Part shown: positions 32,268 through 42,679 of the stretch, piece after piece
How the letters are laid out: every line of letters begins with the position of its first letter
Numbering within the stretch: the stretch's first letter is position 1
NCBI GenBank assembly: GCA_963665115.1
Contig: OY762007.1
Span: forward strand, 5,312,001-5,376,000
Reading direction: 5' to 3'
DNA from: an uncultured Rivularia sp.
Lineage (GTDB): Bacteria; Cyanobacteriota; Cyanobacteriia; Cyanobacteriales; Nostocaceae
Length of the DNA: 64,000 nucleotides
Translations under genes and position numbers: made by a program
The notes under the pieces: model-generated
Seen by the model: only the letters and a program-made list of their open reading frames with translations
Told to the model about the DNA's origin: nothing
Database searches by the model: none

Positions 32268-34157
32268 TTAACTGTTCGCTGATAACTGCTGCGGTATCCA
32301 TACGGTGAAGATTGAACCCTTACCAACTGTGGATTCTACATCAATTCTGCCTCGATGCAGTTGCACAAGTTGTTTAGTTAAAGCTAAACCTAAGCCGGTA
32401 CCTTCGTAACTTCTACGATAAGGATTATCAAGCTGATGAAATTTTTCAAATAGCATCGATAATTGTTCTTCGGGAATGCCAATTCCAGTGTCTTCTACTT
32501 GGAAAACGGCATTTTCGTCTTCTATCCAAACCCTCAAAGTGACGCTGCCACCTTCAGGGGTAAATTTTATTGCGTTAGTTAATAAATTTAATAAAATTTG
32601 ACTGACTCGTCTTAAATCGGCGGTAAATTTATCTTTTTGGGAATTGAAAAGCAAGTCAAGTTTCAGATTTATTTGTGCTTTTGTTGCTTTTTCCGCTAAA
32701 CCACGATCTATAGTGTTTTTTACTGTATCAGTTAAAGAAAATTCAGTAATATCTAAGACTGCTTTCCCTGCTTCTATCTGAGATAATTCTAAAATATCGC
32801 TAATCATCTCTAACAAACGTTCGCCGCTATCATGAATAGTTTGTAAATAACTTCGCTGTCGTTCAGTTAATTCACCAAATGACCAACGTAGTAATGTAGA
32901 AGACATTCCAATGACGTAAGTCAGCGGCGTTAATAATTCATGACTGATAGTCGCAAGAAATTCGTTTCTTAAACGGTTTGCTGATTCTGCGGCTACTAAT
33001 GCATCGTGTAGCTCAATAGTTCTGTCTTGTACTCTTTGCTCTAAAGTCAATTTATCCGACTTTAAAGACTGCATTAACTCAGATTGATGAATGGCGATCG
33101 CCAATTGTTCGGCAACTAAAGTAAGTAAAATTTGTTCGTTTTCCGTCCAGTTACGGGTAGCATCGCATTGATGGGCTATTAATAAACCCCAAAGTTTTTC
33201 TTCAAAGACAATAGGTGCGGCAAACTTTGCTTTAACTCTAATTTTTTTTAAATATTTTAATAAACACTTTTCCAGAGCATAAGTTTTTTCTACATCACTC
33301 ACAGCTAAAGTAAAACCCTGGCGAAATTTATCCCAACATTTAGTTGAGGGTTGCAAACATCTTCCTTCAGAATAATTTAACACCGAAGAGATACTGTCAT
33401 TTGCTAAAACTTCGTAAACTACACAACCAGCATAGTTTATTTGTTTTTGTATATTTTGGTGCGAATAATGTTCGTCAGTACTAAGATTTAGTTCGTCAAA
33501 TTTGTAAATTACTAATCTATCTAATTTAAGAAACGATCTAACTCGATCCATTGCAGTTTTCATTATCACTGATAAATCTAAGCTTTTACGAGTTTGCGTA
33601 ATTACCTTATTTAACAGTCTTTCTTGAGCAATCTGTTTTTCTAACGCATTTTCAACGTGTTCGCACGAAATTATTTGGTTAGTAGAATTTGATACGTCTG
33701 GTTGGTTTTGCTGTCTAGTTAAGTGTTTTAACAAAAGTACTGTAAATTGACTTTGCAGTGTAGCATCATTAACAACAGGAATTCGACAATATTGTTCGAG
33801 TCTTTGATAAGTATAAGAATCGTTTTCAAACAAATCTCTTAATGTTTCAAGAAACTGAATTATTTCTTTTGGTTCAAACGTCAGAAAAACATTCACCGCA
33901 GAATCATCATCACTTGTACTAATGGCGGGTGTTTGTGGTAAACCTACTAGTAAACCGCTAAATCCAGAAGAAACTACAACTGTAAACTGTTGCATCTGCC
34001 ACTCTCCTGGAACGGGGATGCGTGCCAAAACAGCTTCTGTCAATATCACTGCTGCATTTCCTACTGGAGAAATCATTTGCTGTAATAATTCCTCTAGCTG
34101 TTCAAATGCATTAATAGTTAATACTTGACAAAAGCTTAAATCGGGAGAACTAAGCAT
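32268..34157 (-). CDS. cikA: GAF histidine kinase, CikA-like (no receiver domain)
   Basis: GAF (LWGLLIAHQC), H-box ISHELLTPL, NAIKFT, GTGLGL; divergent from cobN. Confidence 0.7.
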   Translation of the reverse strand: MLSSPDLSFCQVLTINAFEQLEELLQQMISPVGNAAVILTEAVLARIPVPGEWQMQQFTVVVSSGFSGLLVGLPQTPAISTSDDDSAVNVFLTFEPKEIIQFLETLRDLFENDSYTYQRLEQYCRIPVVNDATLQSQFTVLLLKHLTRQQNQPDVSNSTNQIISCEHVENALEKQIAQERLLNKVITQTRKSLDLSVIMKTAMDRVRSFLKLDRLVIYKFDELNLSTDEHYSHQNIQKQINYAGCVVYEVLANDSISSVLNYSEGRCLQPSTKCWDKFRQGFTLAVSDVEKTYALEKCLLKYLKKIRVKAKFAAPIVFEEKLWGLLIAHQCDATRNWTENEQILLTLVAEQLAIAIHQSELMQSLKSDKLTLEQRVQDRTIELHDALVAAESANRLRNEFLATISHELLTPLTYVIGMSSTLLRWSFGELTERQRSYLQTIHDSGERLLEMISDILELSQIEAGKAVLDITEFSLTDTVKNTIDRGLAEKATKAQINLKLDLLFNSQKDKFTADLRRVSQILLNLLTNAIKFTPEGGSVTLRVWIEDENAVFQVEDTGIGIPEEQLSMLFEKFHQLDNPYRRSYEGTGLGLALTKQLVQLHRGRIDVESTVGKGSIFTVWIPQQLSANS

Positions 34158-34251
34158 TTTTAAAAAAGTAGAAGTGAGAAGAGTGGAAAGCGGCGCACAA
34201 ATTTTTTTAAATTATGTTCTAATAAACAGTTTAAGACGGTAATACAGGATT

Positions 34252-37200
34252 ATGCATCGGACAGCAGCCAGTAAGACAGAATTTAACTTACAGTTAGAAG
34301 AATTAATATTTCTAGAACAAACTACTGCAAAGTTTGTATTTTTAACTTCAGCCGATACAGATATTCAGACTATAGCAGCAGCAGTTTCCAAATTACCGAC
34401 CACATTCGATGAAATTAGAGTTGCTAACTTATTAAATTTACAGCATCAAATAAGTATTGATAGTTATGCAGAGCAAATTTTGGAATTTGCCCAAGTTATT
34501 ATCTTACGGTTATTAGGAGGAGTTTCCTACTGGGCTTATGGTTTAGAAGTAGTACAAGAAATTGTCCAGCGTAAAGGTATTGATTTAATTGTAATTCCAG
34601 GAGACGATGCTCTAGACCTAAACTTAATATCTCATTCCACTTTACCTCTGGCCAAAGTTAATCAAATATCTCGCTATTTCAGCCAAGGTGGGGTTGACAA
34701 TTTCGTTAACGCTTTTAAGTTTATTGCCGATAATTGTCTTTCAACATCATATAATCCTTCGCCTCCCAAGGAAGTACCGTTTTTTGGTTTGTATGATTAT
34801 TTGGGCATTGGGCATCGGGCATCGGGCATTGGGCATGAAATAATTACTTCGATCCCACAAGAAGAATACCGAATCAAGGGAACAGGGAGCAGGGAGCAGG
34901 GAGCAGGGAAAGAAATTAGATCGGTAATCTCAGATAGGGAAGAAAGTAACAATGCCCAATGCCCAATGCCCAATTCCCATTCCCCGAAAGTCGCTATCCT
35001 CTTCTACCGCGCTCATTATTTAGCGGGAAATACTTTAGTTATTGATGCTTTGTGTGAAGCTTTAGCCAAACGAAATATAAATCCAGTTCCAGTTTTTATT
35101 TCTTCGTTGCGCGAAATCGACGTTCAAAATGAATTAACTGAATTTTTACAAAATCTAGATGGGGAAAGTGTTTCTTTCATACTTAACACTACCAGTTTTT
35201 CTTTAGCGCGATTGGAAACCGAAAGACCATCTGTAGAATTGTGGGAAAATTTAGATGTTCCCGTACTGCAAGTCATCCTCAGCAGCAGTTCAATTGAACA
35301 ATGGGAATCTTCTTCTCAAGGATTATCACCCCGCGATATTGCCATGAATGTGGCGCTCCCAGAAGTTGATGGACGCATTATTAGTCGTGCTGTCTCTTTC
35401 AAAACGGTAGAAAATAAAAATTCGGCTTTACAAACAGACGTTGTAATTTACAAACCAGTCGCTTCGCGGATTGAATTTGTCGCGGATTTGGCAGCAAATT
35501 GGGTGAAACTGCGCTATAAATCTCCCCAGAAACGTCGTATAGCTTTGATTTTGGCAAACTATCCCACTCGCGACGGACGTTTAGCTAATGGAGTTGGATT
35601 GGATACACCCCACAGCTGTATTGAAATTCTGCAAGCCTTGCAAAACGCCGGTTATCAAGTAGAAAATTTACCCGAAAACGGAAATGAATTAATAGAATTA
35701 CTTACCGCAGGAGTTACAAACGATCCAGAAGCCAGGGATTTAAGAAAAATTCGCCAAAGTCTTTCCCCAGAAGAATATCAAGAATATTTTGCTTCCCTAC
35801 CAGAAACTGTACAGCAAGGTATTACTCAAAGATGGGGGGACAATGTTGAAGAAGATTCTACCCCCTCTACCCCCTCTACCCCCTCTTACCCATTCCCAAT
35901 CCCCGGCATCCAACTGGGTAACGTCTTCATCGGAATTCAACCTTCCCGTGGCTACGATATCGATCCTAGCTTGAATTATCATGCGCCGGATTTGGAACCT
36001 ACTCACGCTTATTTGGCTTTCTATCACTGGATAAGAAAATCCTTTGCTGCTGATGCTGTGGTTCATGTGGGAAAACATGGAAATCTGGAATGGCTACCGG
36101 GTAAAAGTATCGCCTTGTCGGAAAATTGCTATCCAGAAGTTGCTTTTGGAACGCTTCCACACCTTTATCCTTTTATTGTCAATGACCCTGGGGAAGGTTC
36201 TCAAGCGAAACGCCGCGCTCAAGCTGTGATTATCGATCACCTGACTCCCCCTTTGACTCGTGCTGAACTTTACGGCCCTCTTGAAAAGCTAGAAAATTTG
36301 GTCGATGAATATTATGAAGCTGAAAATTTAGACCCCAAACGTTTGCCAATTATCAACGAGCGGATTACCGAATTAGTTCTTCAAGAAAATTTACATTTAG
36401 ATTTGGAAATTAACAGCGAACAATTAATAAATCAACGACAAAATCAAAATCAAGCTTTAGACTATTTAGATGGCTACCTATGTGAATTAAAGGAGGCTCA
36501 AATTCGGGATGGTTTGCACGTATTTGGTAACTGCCCCAACGGAAGACAATTGAGAGATTTAATTGTGGCGATCGCCCGTCATCCAAATCGCCATCATTCA
36601 GGATTAACTCGCGCCATTGCTCAAGATTTAGGCTGGGATTTCGATCCTTTAATAGATAATCCAATTCAAGCTTTTGAAAATCACAGCGTGCCTTGTCGCA
36701 ATGTGGGTGATGCAATCGAGCTTGTAGAAGAATATGCTGCTTGTGTTGTTGAGCAAAGCATAAAAAACCTCACCCCGTCCTATCGGACACCCCTCTCCTT
36801 ATCAAGGAGAGGGGAAGAAGCCAAGGTTTCTCTTCATACACCCCTTTCCTTATCAAGGAGAAAGGAAGATAGCGACGAGGCTTCTCTTCATAAGCCCTTA
36901 TCAAGGAGAGAGGAAGATAGCGACGAGGCTTCTCTTCATACACCCTTCTCCTTAACAAGAAAAGGGGAAGGGGAGGTTTATCTTCATACACCCCTCTCCT
37001 TAACAAGGAAAGGGGAAGGGGAGGCTTCTCTTCATACACCCCTCTCCTTTACAAGGAGAGGGGAAGGGGGTGAGGTTCTTCCTGCTCAAATCCAAACTCC
37101 ACAATCCCAAACTCAATTGGTTCTAAATTGGATTGATAATTATCTTCTTCCTGCTTTAATACAAACCGATTTAGAAATTAAAAATTTATTACGAGGACTT

Positions 37201-38484
37201 GACGGCAGGTACGTAAAAAGCGCTCCTAGTGGGGCACCTACAAGAGGTCGTCCGGAGGTTCTACCTACTGGCAATAACTTTTATTCGGTTGATATTCGTG
37301 CCATACCTACGGAATCGGCTTGGGATGTTGGTAGAAAGGCAGCAGAAACTCTTGTGGAAACTTACACGCAAGAACATGGCGAGTATCCCAAAACGCTTGG
37401 TTTGTCGGTATGGGGAACCTCTACAATGCGAACGGGAGGCGATGATATTGCTCAAGCCTTGGCTTTATTAGGGGTACAGCCAGTATGGGATGGTGCTTCT
37501 CGAAGAGTGGTAGATTTTGACGTTTTACCGATATCAGTTTTACAGCGTCCCCGTGTAGATGTGACATTAAGAATATCTGGTTTCTTTCGAGATGCTTTCC
37601 CCAACTTAATCGAACTTTTCGATCGAGCCGTTGGGGCAGTAGCGGCGTTAGATGAATCTTCAGAGTACAATCCCCTAGCAGCGCAAGTAACATCTGAAAC
37701 AGAACTTCTGATTAAACAAGGATTAAATTTGGATGCAGCAGAAGCGCGATCGCGGTATCGTATTTTTGGTAGTAAGGGAGGAGCTTATGGTGCTGGTTTA
37801 CAGGGATTGATTGAATCTCAAGAATGGAATAGTAATGAAGATTTGGCCCGTGCATACATGAACTGGAGCTGCTATGCTTACACGGGTAAGGGTTTATGCA
37901 CAGCGGCACCAGAAGCTTTCGAGCAACGTTTAGTTAAAATGCAAATAGTGCTGCACAATCAAGATAATCGCGAACACGATCTGCTCGATTCCGACGATTA
38001 TTATCAGTTTCAGGGTGGTCTAACAGCAGCAGTGCGTTCCTTAACGGGGAAAAATCCCCAAACGTATTTTGGCGATAATTCTATTCCTGCCAATCCGCGA
38101 GTGCGTAAACTACAACAAGAAATAGCCAGGGTGTATCGTTCGCGAGTTATCAATCCCAAATGGATTGAAGGAGTGATGCGTCACGCTTATAAAGGTGCAT
38201 TTGAAATCGCAGCGACGGTAGATTATTTATTTGCTTATGATGCCACTGCGAACTGCGTTGAAAATCATATGTATCAGGGAATTTGTGAATCTTATCTTTT
38301 CGACACAAACGTCTGTGAATTCATCGAGGACAACAATCCCCACGCTTTACGTGATATTGCTGAAAGATTATTAGAAGCATACCAGCGCGGTTTGTGGCAG
38401 GATGTAAATATATCAACATTAGATAATTTACGAAACCTGGTTCACCAAGCAGAAGCAGCAATCGAACAAAAATCGGTGGTGTAA
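34252..38484 (+). CDS. cobN: Cobaltochelatase subunit CobN with in-frame repeat insertions
   Basis: PEVDGR, NGVGLD, HVGKHGNLEWLPGK, LPTGNNF and NPKWIEG motifs. Confidence 0.95.
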   Translation: MHRTAASKTEFNLQLEELIFLEQTTAKFVFLTSADTDIQTIAAAVSKLPTTFDEIRVANLLNLQHQISIDSYAEQILEFAQVIILRLLGGVSYWAYGLEVVQEIVQRKGIDLIVIPGDDALDLNLISHSTLPLAKVNQISRYFSQGGVDNFVNAFKFIADNCLSTSYNPSPPKEVPFFGLYDYLGIGHRASGIGHEIITSIPQEEYRIKGTGSREQGAGKEIRSVISDREESNNAQCPMPNSHSPKVAILFYRAHYLAGNTLVIDALCEALAKRNINPVPVFISSLREIDVQNELTEFLQNLDGESVSFILNTTSFSLARLETERPSVELWENLDVPVLQVILSSSSIEQWESSSQGLSPRDIAMNVALPEVDGRIISRAVSFKTVENKNSALQTDVVIYKPVASRIEFVADLAANWVKLRYKSPQKRRIALILANYPTRDGRLANGVGLDTPHSCIEILQALQNAGYQVENLPENGNELIELLTAGVTNDPEARDLRKIRQSLSPEEYQEYFASLPETVQQGITQRWGDNVEEDSTPSTPSTPSYPFPIPGIQLGNVFIGIQPSRGYDIDPSLNYHAPDLEPTHAYLAFYHWIRKSFAADAVVHVGKHGNLEWLPGKSIALSENCYPEVAFGTLPHLYPFIVNDPGEGSQAKRRAQAVIIDHLTPPLTRAELYGPLEKLENLVDEYYEAENLDPKRLPIINERITELVLQENLHLDLEINSEQLINQRQNQNQALDYLDGYLCELKEAQIRDGLHVFGNCPNGRQLRDLIVAIARHPNRHHSGLTRAIAQDLGWDFDPLIDNPIQAFENHSVPCRNVGDAIELVEEYAACVVEQSIKNLTPSYRTPLSLSRRGEEAKVSLHTPLSLSRRKEDSDEASLHKPLSRREEDSDEASLHTPFSLTRKGEGEVYLHTPLSLTRKGEGEASLHTPLSFTRRGEGGEVLPAQIQTPQSQTQLVLNWIDNYLLPALIQTDLEIKNLLRGLDGRYVKSAPSGAPTRGRPEVLPTGNNFYSVDIRAIPTESAWDVGRKAAETLVETYTQEHGEYPKTLGLSVWGTSTMRTGGDDIAQALALLGVQPVWDGASRRVVDFDVLPISVLQRPRVDVTLRISGFFRDAFPNLIELFDRAVGAVAALDESSEYNPLAAQVTSETELLIKQGLNLDAAEARSRYRIFGSKGGAYGAGLQGLIESQEWNSNEDLARAYMNWSCYAYTGKGLCTAAPEAFEQRLVKMQIVLHNQDNREHDLLDSDDYYQFQGGLTAAVRSLTGKNPQTYFGDNSIPANPRVRKLQQEIARVYRSRVINPKWIEGVMRHAYKGAFEIAATVDYLFAYDATANCVENHMYQGICESYLFDTNVCEFIEDNNPHALRDIAERLLEAYQRGLWQDVNISTLDNLRNLVHQAEAAIEQKSVV
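36766..37077. repeat. 312-bp element of six CCCTCTCCTT..AAGGAGAGGGG hairpins inserted in frame in cobN
   Basis: 11-bp terminal inverted repeats AACCTCACCCC/GGGGTGAGGTT; encodes HTPLSLTRKGEGEASL-type repeats. Confidence 0.85.
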
Positions 38485-38493
38485 GAAAAAAAT

Positions 38494-39654
38494 ATGGACA
38501 ATCTTGCGTATTTGCACTTAGCGGTCGTCTATGAAGACCCCTCAGCCAGTGAATTGGTTTACCTTAATCCCTGGTTGAAAACCGCACAAACTCCAGACTT
38601 GAAACGCTTTTCGAGTAAGGCTTGGAGGTATATGTTACCTCTAGTCTTAACTGTTTCTATTCTCAGCATTGCCAGTAGCGCCTTAGCACTGCAAAAAGGA
38701 GATAGAGGCCCATCTGTCAAAAATTTACAACAAGATTTGCAAAGGGCTGGTTTTTATCAAGCTCCTGTGACTCAGGTATATGACATTAAAACAGAAGATG
38801 CTGTTAGGCGCTTTCAAAAAGCTGCTAGCGTCAGCGTTGACGGTGTAGCCGGACCTGCTACATTACAGAAATTACAAGGCTGGCGTGCGGCTGTAACGGT
38901 AAATACGTCGAGAGCAGCCACGACGAAAAAGCCTGTCGCTAAAACTAACTCAAACAACCAAAAACCATCAATAAAGGTGGCTGCCAATACCACCAAGCGC
39001 CGCAATCCTAATTTACTGGGTAAAGGCGATGAAGGTGAAGCTGTCAAAGCTTTGCAAGAAAGATTGCGGGTAGCAGGATTTTATTACGGTAATTCGACGG
39101 GTATTTACGGCCCAATTACCGAAGATGCCGTGAAGCGCTTCCAAAGAGCTTATGGTTTAGATGTTGACGGCATCGTAGGAGCGCAAACACTAACAAAATT
39201 ACCGCCAATGGGTGTTGGTTTTGGTGAAGAAGCTCCCAAAAGCATGACAATAGCCGCTAGAAGAGGAAATAAGGAATTTCTTGGCTTAGGCGATCGCGGC
39301 GAACCTGTAAGAATCCTGCAAGCCCAATTAATCAAAGCAGGATACTTAAAGGGACAACCAAATGGTTATTTTGGTCCTTATACTGCTGATGCGGTGAAGC
39401 GGTTCCAAGATTCTAATTATTTGGCAGCTAGCGGTATTGCCGGACCTACTACTCGCGGCAAATTGTATAGAAATGTTAACGATGCCGACAAAGCTGAGTT
39501 TAACGTTCTAGAAATACAAAGACGCTTGCAAGCAAAGGGTTTCTATAAAGGTTCTCTAAACGGAGAAATGGGTAAAGATACCAAGAAAGCCATTCAGCAG
39601 GCTCAGGAATTTTACGGCATCAGTTTAAAGGATGTGAGAAACGGACGATTTTAA
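38494..39654 (+). CDS. Peptidoglycan-binding domain protein (Alr1690-like)
   Basis: Repeated L..GD.G..V..LQ..L..G.Y/FG..T..AV..FQ domains. Confidence 0.9.
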   Translation: MDNLAYLHLAVVYEDPSASELVYLNPWLKTAQTPDLKRFSSKAWRYMLPLVLTVSILSIASSALALQKGDRGPSVKNLQQDLQRAGFYQAPVTQVYDIKTEDAVRRFQKAASVSVDGVAGPATLQKLQGWRAAVTVNTSRAATTKKPVAKTNSNNQKPSIKVAANTTKRRNPNLLGKGDEGEAVKALQERLRVAGFYYGNSTGIYGPITEDAVKRFQRAYGLDVDGIVGAQTLTKLPPMGVGFGEEAPKSMTIAARRGNKEFLGLGDRGEPVRILQAQLIKAGYLKGQPNGYFGPYTADAVKRFQDSNYLAASGIAGPTTRGKLYRNVNDADKAEFNVLEIQRRLQAKGFYKGSLNGEMGKDTKKAIQQAQEFYGISLKDVRNGRF

Positions 39655-39691
39655 CATCCGTTCCGCGTTCGTAAAGTGCATCTATATGCTG

Positions 39692-39743
39692 CGAGCAGTT
39701 ATCCCTCTTTAGAGAGGGAGTAAAAGACTGCTCGTTTTTTTTT
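39692..39743 (+). terminator. Intrinsic terminator with inner hairpin
   Basis: CGAGCAGT..ACTGCTCG stem followed by T9. Confidence 0.65.
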
Positions 39744-39799
39744 GCTGGGAACACATCCTATAAGGTTACGCTTACACAATCGTAAAATACTCCCAAGTG

Positions 39800-40255
39800 T
39801 TATAAAGGCATTAACGCCCGCTGGCACTTAGGACATACTCCGTGAATAGTCAATTGGCAGTCAAGCAGATGATAGCCATCTTTTTGAGAAGTTTTTAAGC
39901 CAATTTTTAATATTGAGTCATTCTTGAACTCGGTAGTCGTGTTACACCTAACACAAATTAAGTGATGGTGATGGTGAGGGTAAGGCTGGTTAAGTTCATA
40001 ATGCTTATGACCTTCGCCCAGTTCCAATTCCCGCAAGATTCCCATACGTGCCATCAACTTGAGAGTGCGATAAATCGTTGAAAGACTTATTCCTTCATTA
40101 TCGACTTGTAATCTTTGATAAAGATCCTCGGCACTCAGATGCTCCCCTTGAGGAAGCTCCTGAAAAATGTGTAGAATTACTTCTCTCTGAGGTGTTAAAC
40201 GCCAACCTCGTTCGTTGAGTTCTGCCTTGAGTGAAGCAGTGCTGTAAATAGTCAT
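39800..40255 (-). CDS. fur: Ferric uptake regulator FurA
   Basis: RLTPQR, HLSAE, STIYRTL, HHHHLIC..C and C..C motifs. Confidence 0.95.
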   Translation of the reverse strand: MTIYSTASLKAELNERGWRLTPQREVILHIFQELPQGEHLSAEDLYQRLQVDNEGISLSTIYRTLKLMARMGILRELELGEGHKHYELNQPYPHHHHHLICVRCNTTTEFKNDSILKIGLKTSQKDGYHLLDCQLTIHGVCPKCQRALMPL

Positions 40256-40333
40256 ACTAATTTTTCTCAACAAACCCTATCAATTGCGAATATAGCAAAT
40301 AATTCCACCTGTTTGCAATAATTCTTGCTTGTT

Positions 40334-40349
40334 GATAATGATTGTTAAC
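40334..40349. promoter_or_regulatory. Possible Fur box upstream of furA
   Basis: GATAATGATTGTTAAC resembles the Fur consensus; FurA autoregulation is known. Confidence 0.4.
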
Positions 40350-40813
40350 TGCCTGGGGTAGAATTTGATTTCATACCGGAGACAAAATCGAAATTACGAT
40401 TCCTTTTAATACAGGCAATTAAAGGAATATAGGTGGCAACTTGTTTCTATAACACAAGTAGAAAAAGTTTGCCATAACTGATTTATAGGATAATTTGAGG
40501 AATTATTAGATAGAAAAATTAACTGAATTTGAGATTTTGGATTTTGAATTTTGGATTAAAGATTCTCGCCAATAAGTATTTTATTCATGTCTATTCAAGC
40601 CCTAACATCAGTGCTAGTGGTCAATCTAAAATCTAAAATCTAAAATCCAAAATTGACTAGCGTCGGGTATGGGAACAATTACCCGCTTGTAGAGAGAAGT
40701 GCTGGCGCGGAATATGATTTCTAACGGGGAAGCCACACCTTCAAGATGAAGGGGAAGAAAGAGGACGAGCGGCTTCCCAAAAACCGCGCTTGTTCACTTT
40801 GAAAACGAAAGTT

Positions 40814-42074
40814 TTAGCTGAGGGATTCTAAATAATCGCGAATCAAGTTACGTCGCTTGGGTTGACGTAGCTTTTGTAAAGCCTTGGACTCAATTTGTCT
40901 AACACGTTCGCGTGATAAATCTAAAGCGCGTCCAATTTCTGCTAAAGAGTAAGGATGACCATCAGCCAAACCAAAACGCATCAAAATGACATCGCGTTCG
41001 CGAGTAGTTAAATCGGCCAAAAGATTTTGCAAGTCTCTTTGGAGAGATTCTCGCATCAACATTTCTTCTGGTGTTACACCATCGGTTTCGAGTAATTCAC
41101 CTAATTCGGTATCTTTATCTTTACCGACTTTTGTTTCAAGAGAAACAGAACGAGGAACTCTTAGTAAAACTTCCCGTACTTGAGCGGGAGTCATTTCTAA
41201 CTCAACAGCCAAGTCTTCCAAAGTCGGAGTGCGACCTTTTTCTTGGGCTATTTTACGTTGAGCCTTCTTGATTTTGTTTAACTTTTCGGTGATGTGGGAC
41301 TGGTAGGCGAATAGTACGCGACGAAGTGGCGATCGCTCTAGTAATACCTTGACGAATCCACCAGTAAGCATAGGTACTAAAACGATAGCCCTTGGTTGGA
41401 TCGAACTTTTCTACCGCTCTTTCCAAACCTAAAGTACCTTCTTGGACTAAATCCAATAATTCCAAACCACGATTTTGATATTTCTTAGCAACAGAAACGA
41501 CTAGACGAAGATTCGCCTTAATCATATGTTCCTTCGCTTGCAATCCTTGGGTTTGAACTTGCTCTAATTCCTTAACGGTCAAATTAGCAGTTTCAGCCCA
41601 ACGACGCTTACCTTGGGACAAAGCACCTTTCAACTCGGACTCTTCAATACCAGCAGTATTTGCCCATCTTTTCATCGAGGGGCGATGTCCTAACTCGGAT
41701 GTCAAACGTTCTTGAGCTTCAACAATTCTCAAATAATGAGCAAGTAATTCATCACCTTGGGTTGCAGCTTCGGACAACAGTATCCGTAACTTCAAATAAC
41801 GCTGGACTTTTTGAGCTTCTGAAACCTCTTCATCTCGGCCTAATAACCGAACTCTACCAATTTCCTGAAGATATAAACGAACCAAATCCGTGCTGCGGGT
41901 TTTCGTACTAGCACTCGCTCTTTCTGTTTCGGCAGAAGTTATCTCCAGTTGCTCCAAATCCTCATCTGCTGGAGCGTCCGCATCATCAGCGGTTACTTCC
42001 GGCTCCAAGTCTTGACGGGATTTTCGAGTATCGTAAGCGGCATCGGCATCTGCATAAAAAGATGTTGCTGGCAT
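40814..42074 (-). CDS. sigC: Group 2 sigma factor SigC, split by a +1 frameshift at about 41296-41298
   Basis: [42 protein letters not shown] is restored by removing one C. Confidence 0.85.
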
Positions 42075-42679
42075 AAGAATATTCTCAACGGCTCCAGGTA
42101 ACAATTATTAGCCTTTTAGCTAATCAACTGATGCTATTGTTCCCGCGATTAACGGAGAACTAACATTATTTAGAAATTAATTTGGTTTTTTTTTAAAGAA
42201 AACCATACTGATCTCATTTGATACTGATTTAATTTAGGCGTATCAGTCTAGTAATTTATTTGAACCAACAGCAATCCAAACCCTTAACCAGACTGCAATT
42301 AACCGGCATTGCCAGTCATGCTTCCTACTTCATAAATCTTGACGTTACCATTAATACATGGTATAAAGATAGACAAGTGAAAAAAGTAATAAATCGTATG
42401 CATAGTCATATCTACATAGCTATGCAAGTTATTTCCTGACGAAATTTTTTTAAATCGTCAGGGAATCTTGGTATTTTAGGTCAAAGGTTAAAAAAGTTAG
42501 GAGTTAAGAGTAGGGAGTAGAGAGTAGAGAGTAGCAAGTAAATCACTTTTTATTATTGTCATAAATGTCGCTCATAGCTGCCCGTCTATTTTTACTCGCT
42601 ACTTATTACTCACTACTCACTACTTACTACTTTAATAATCTCCCTTTCTTCCCCCTCTAGCTTGAATGTCCCATCCCCA

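Noticed and set aside
36766..37077. CRISPR array or intein in cobN
   Set aside because: No unique spacers and no intein terminal motifs (C/S start, HN end); it is a translated hairpin repeat.
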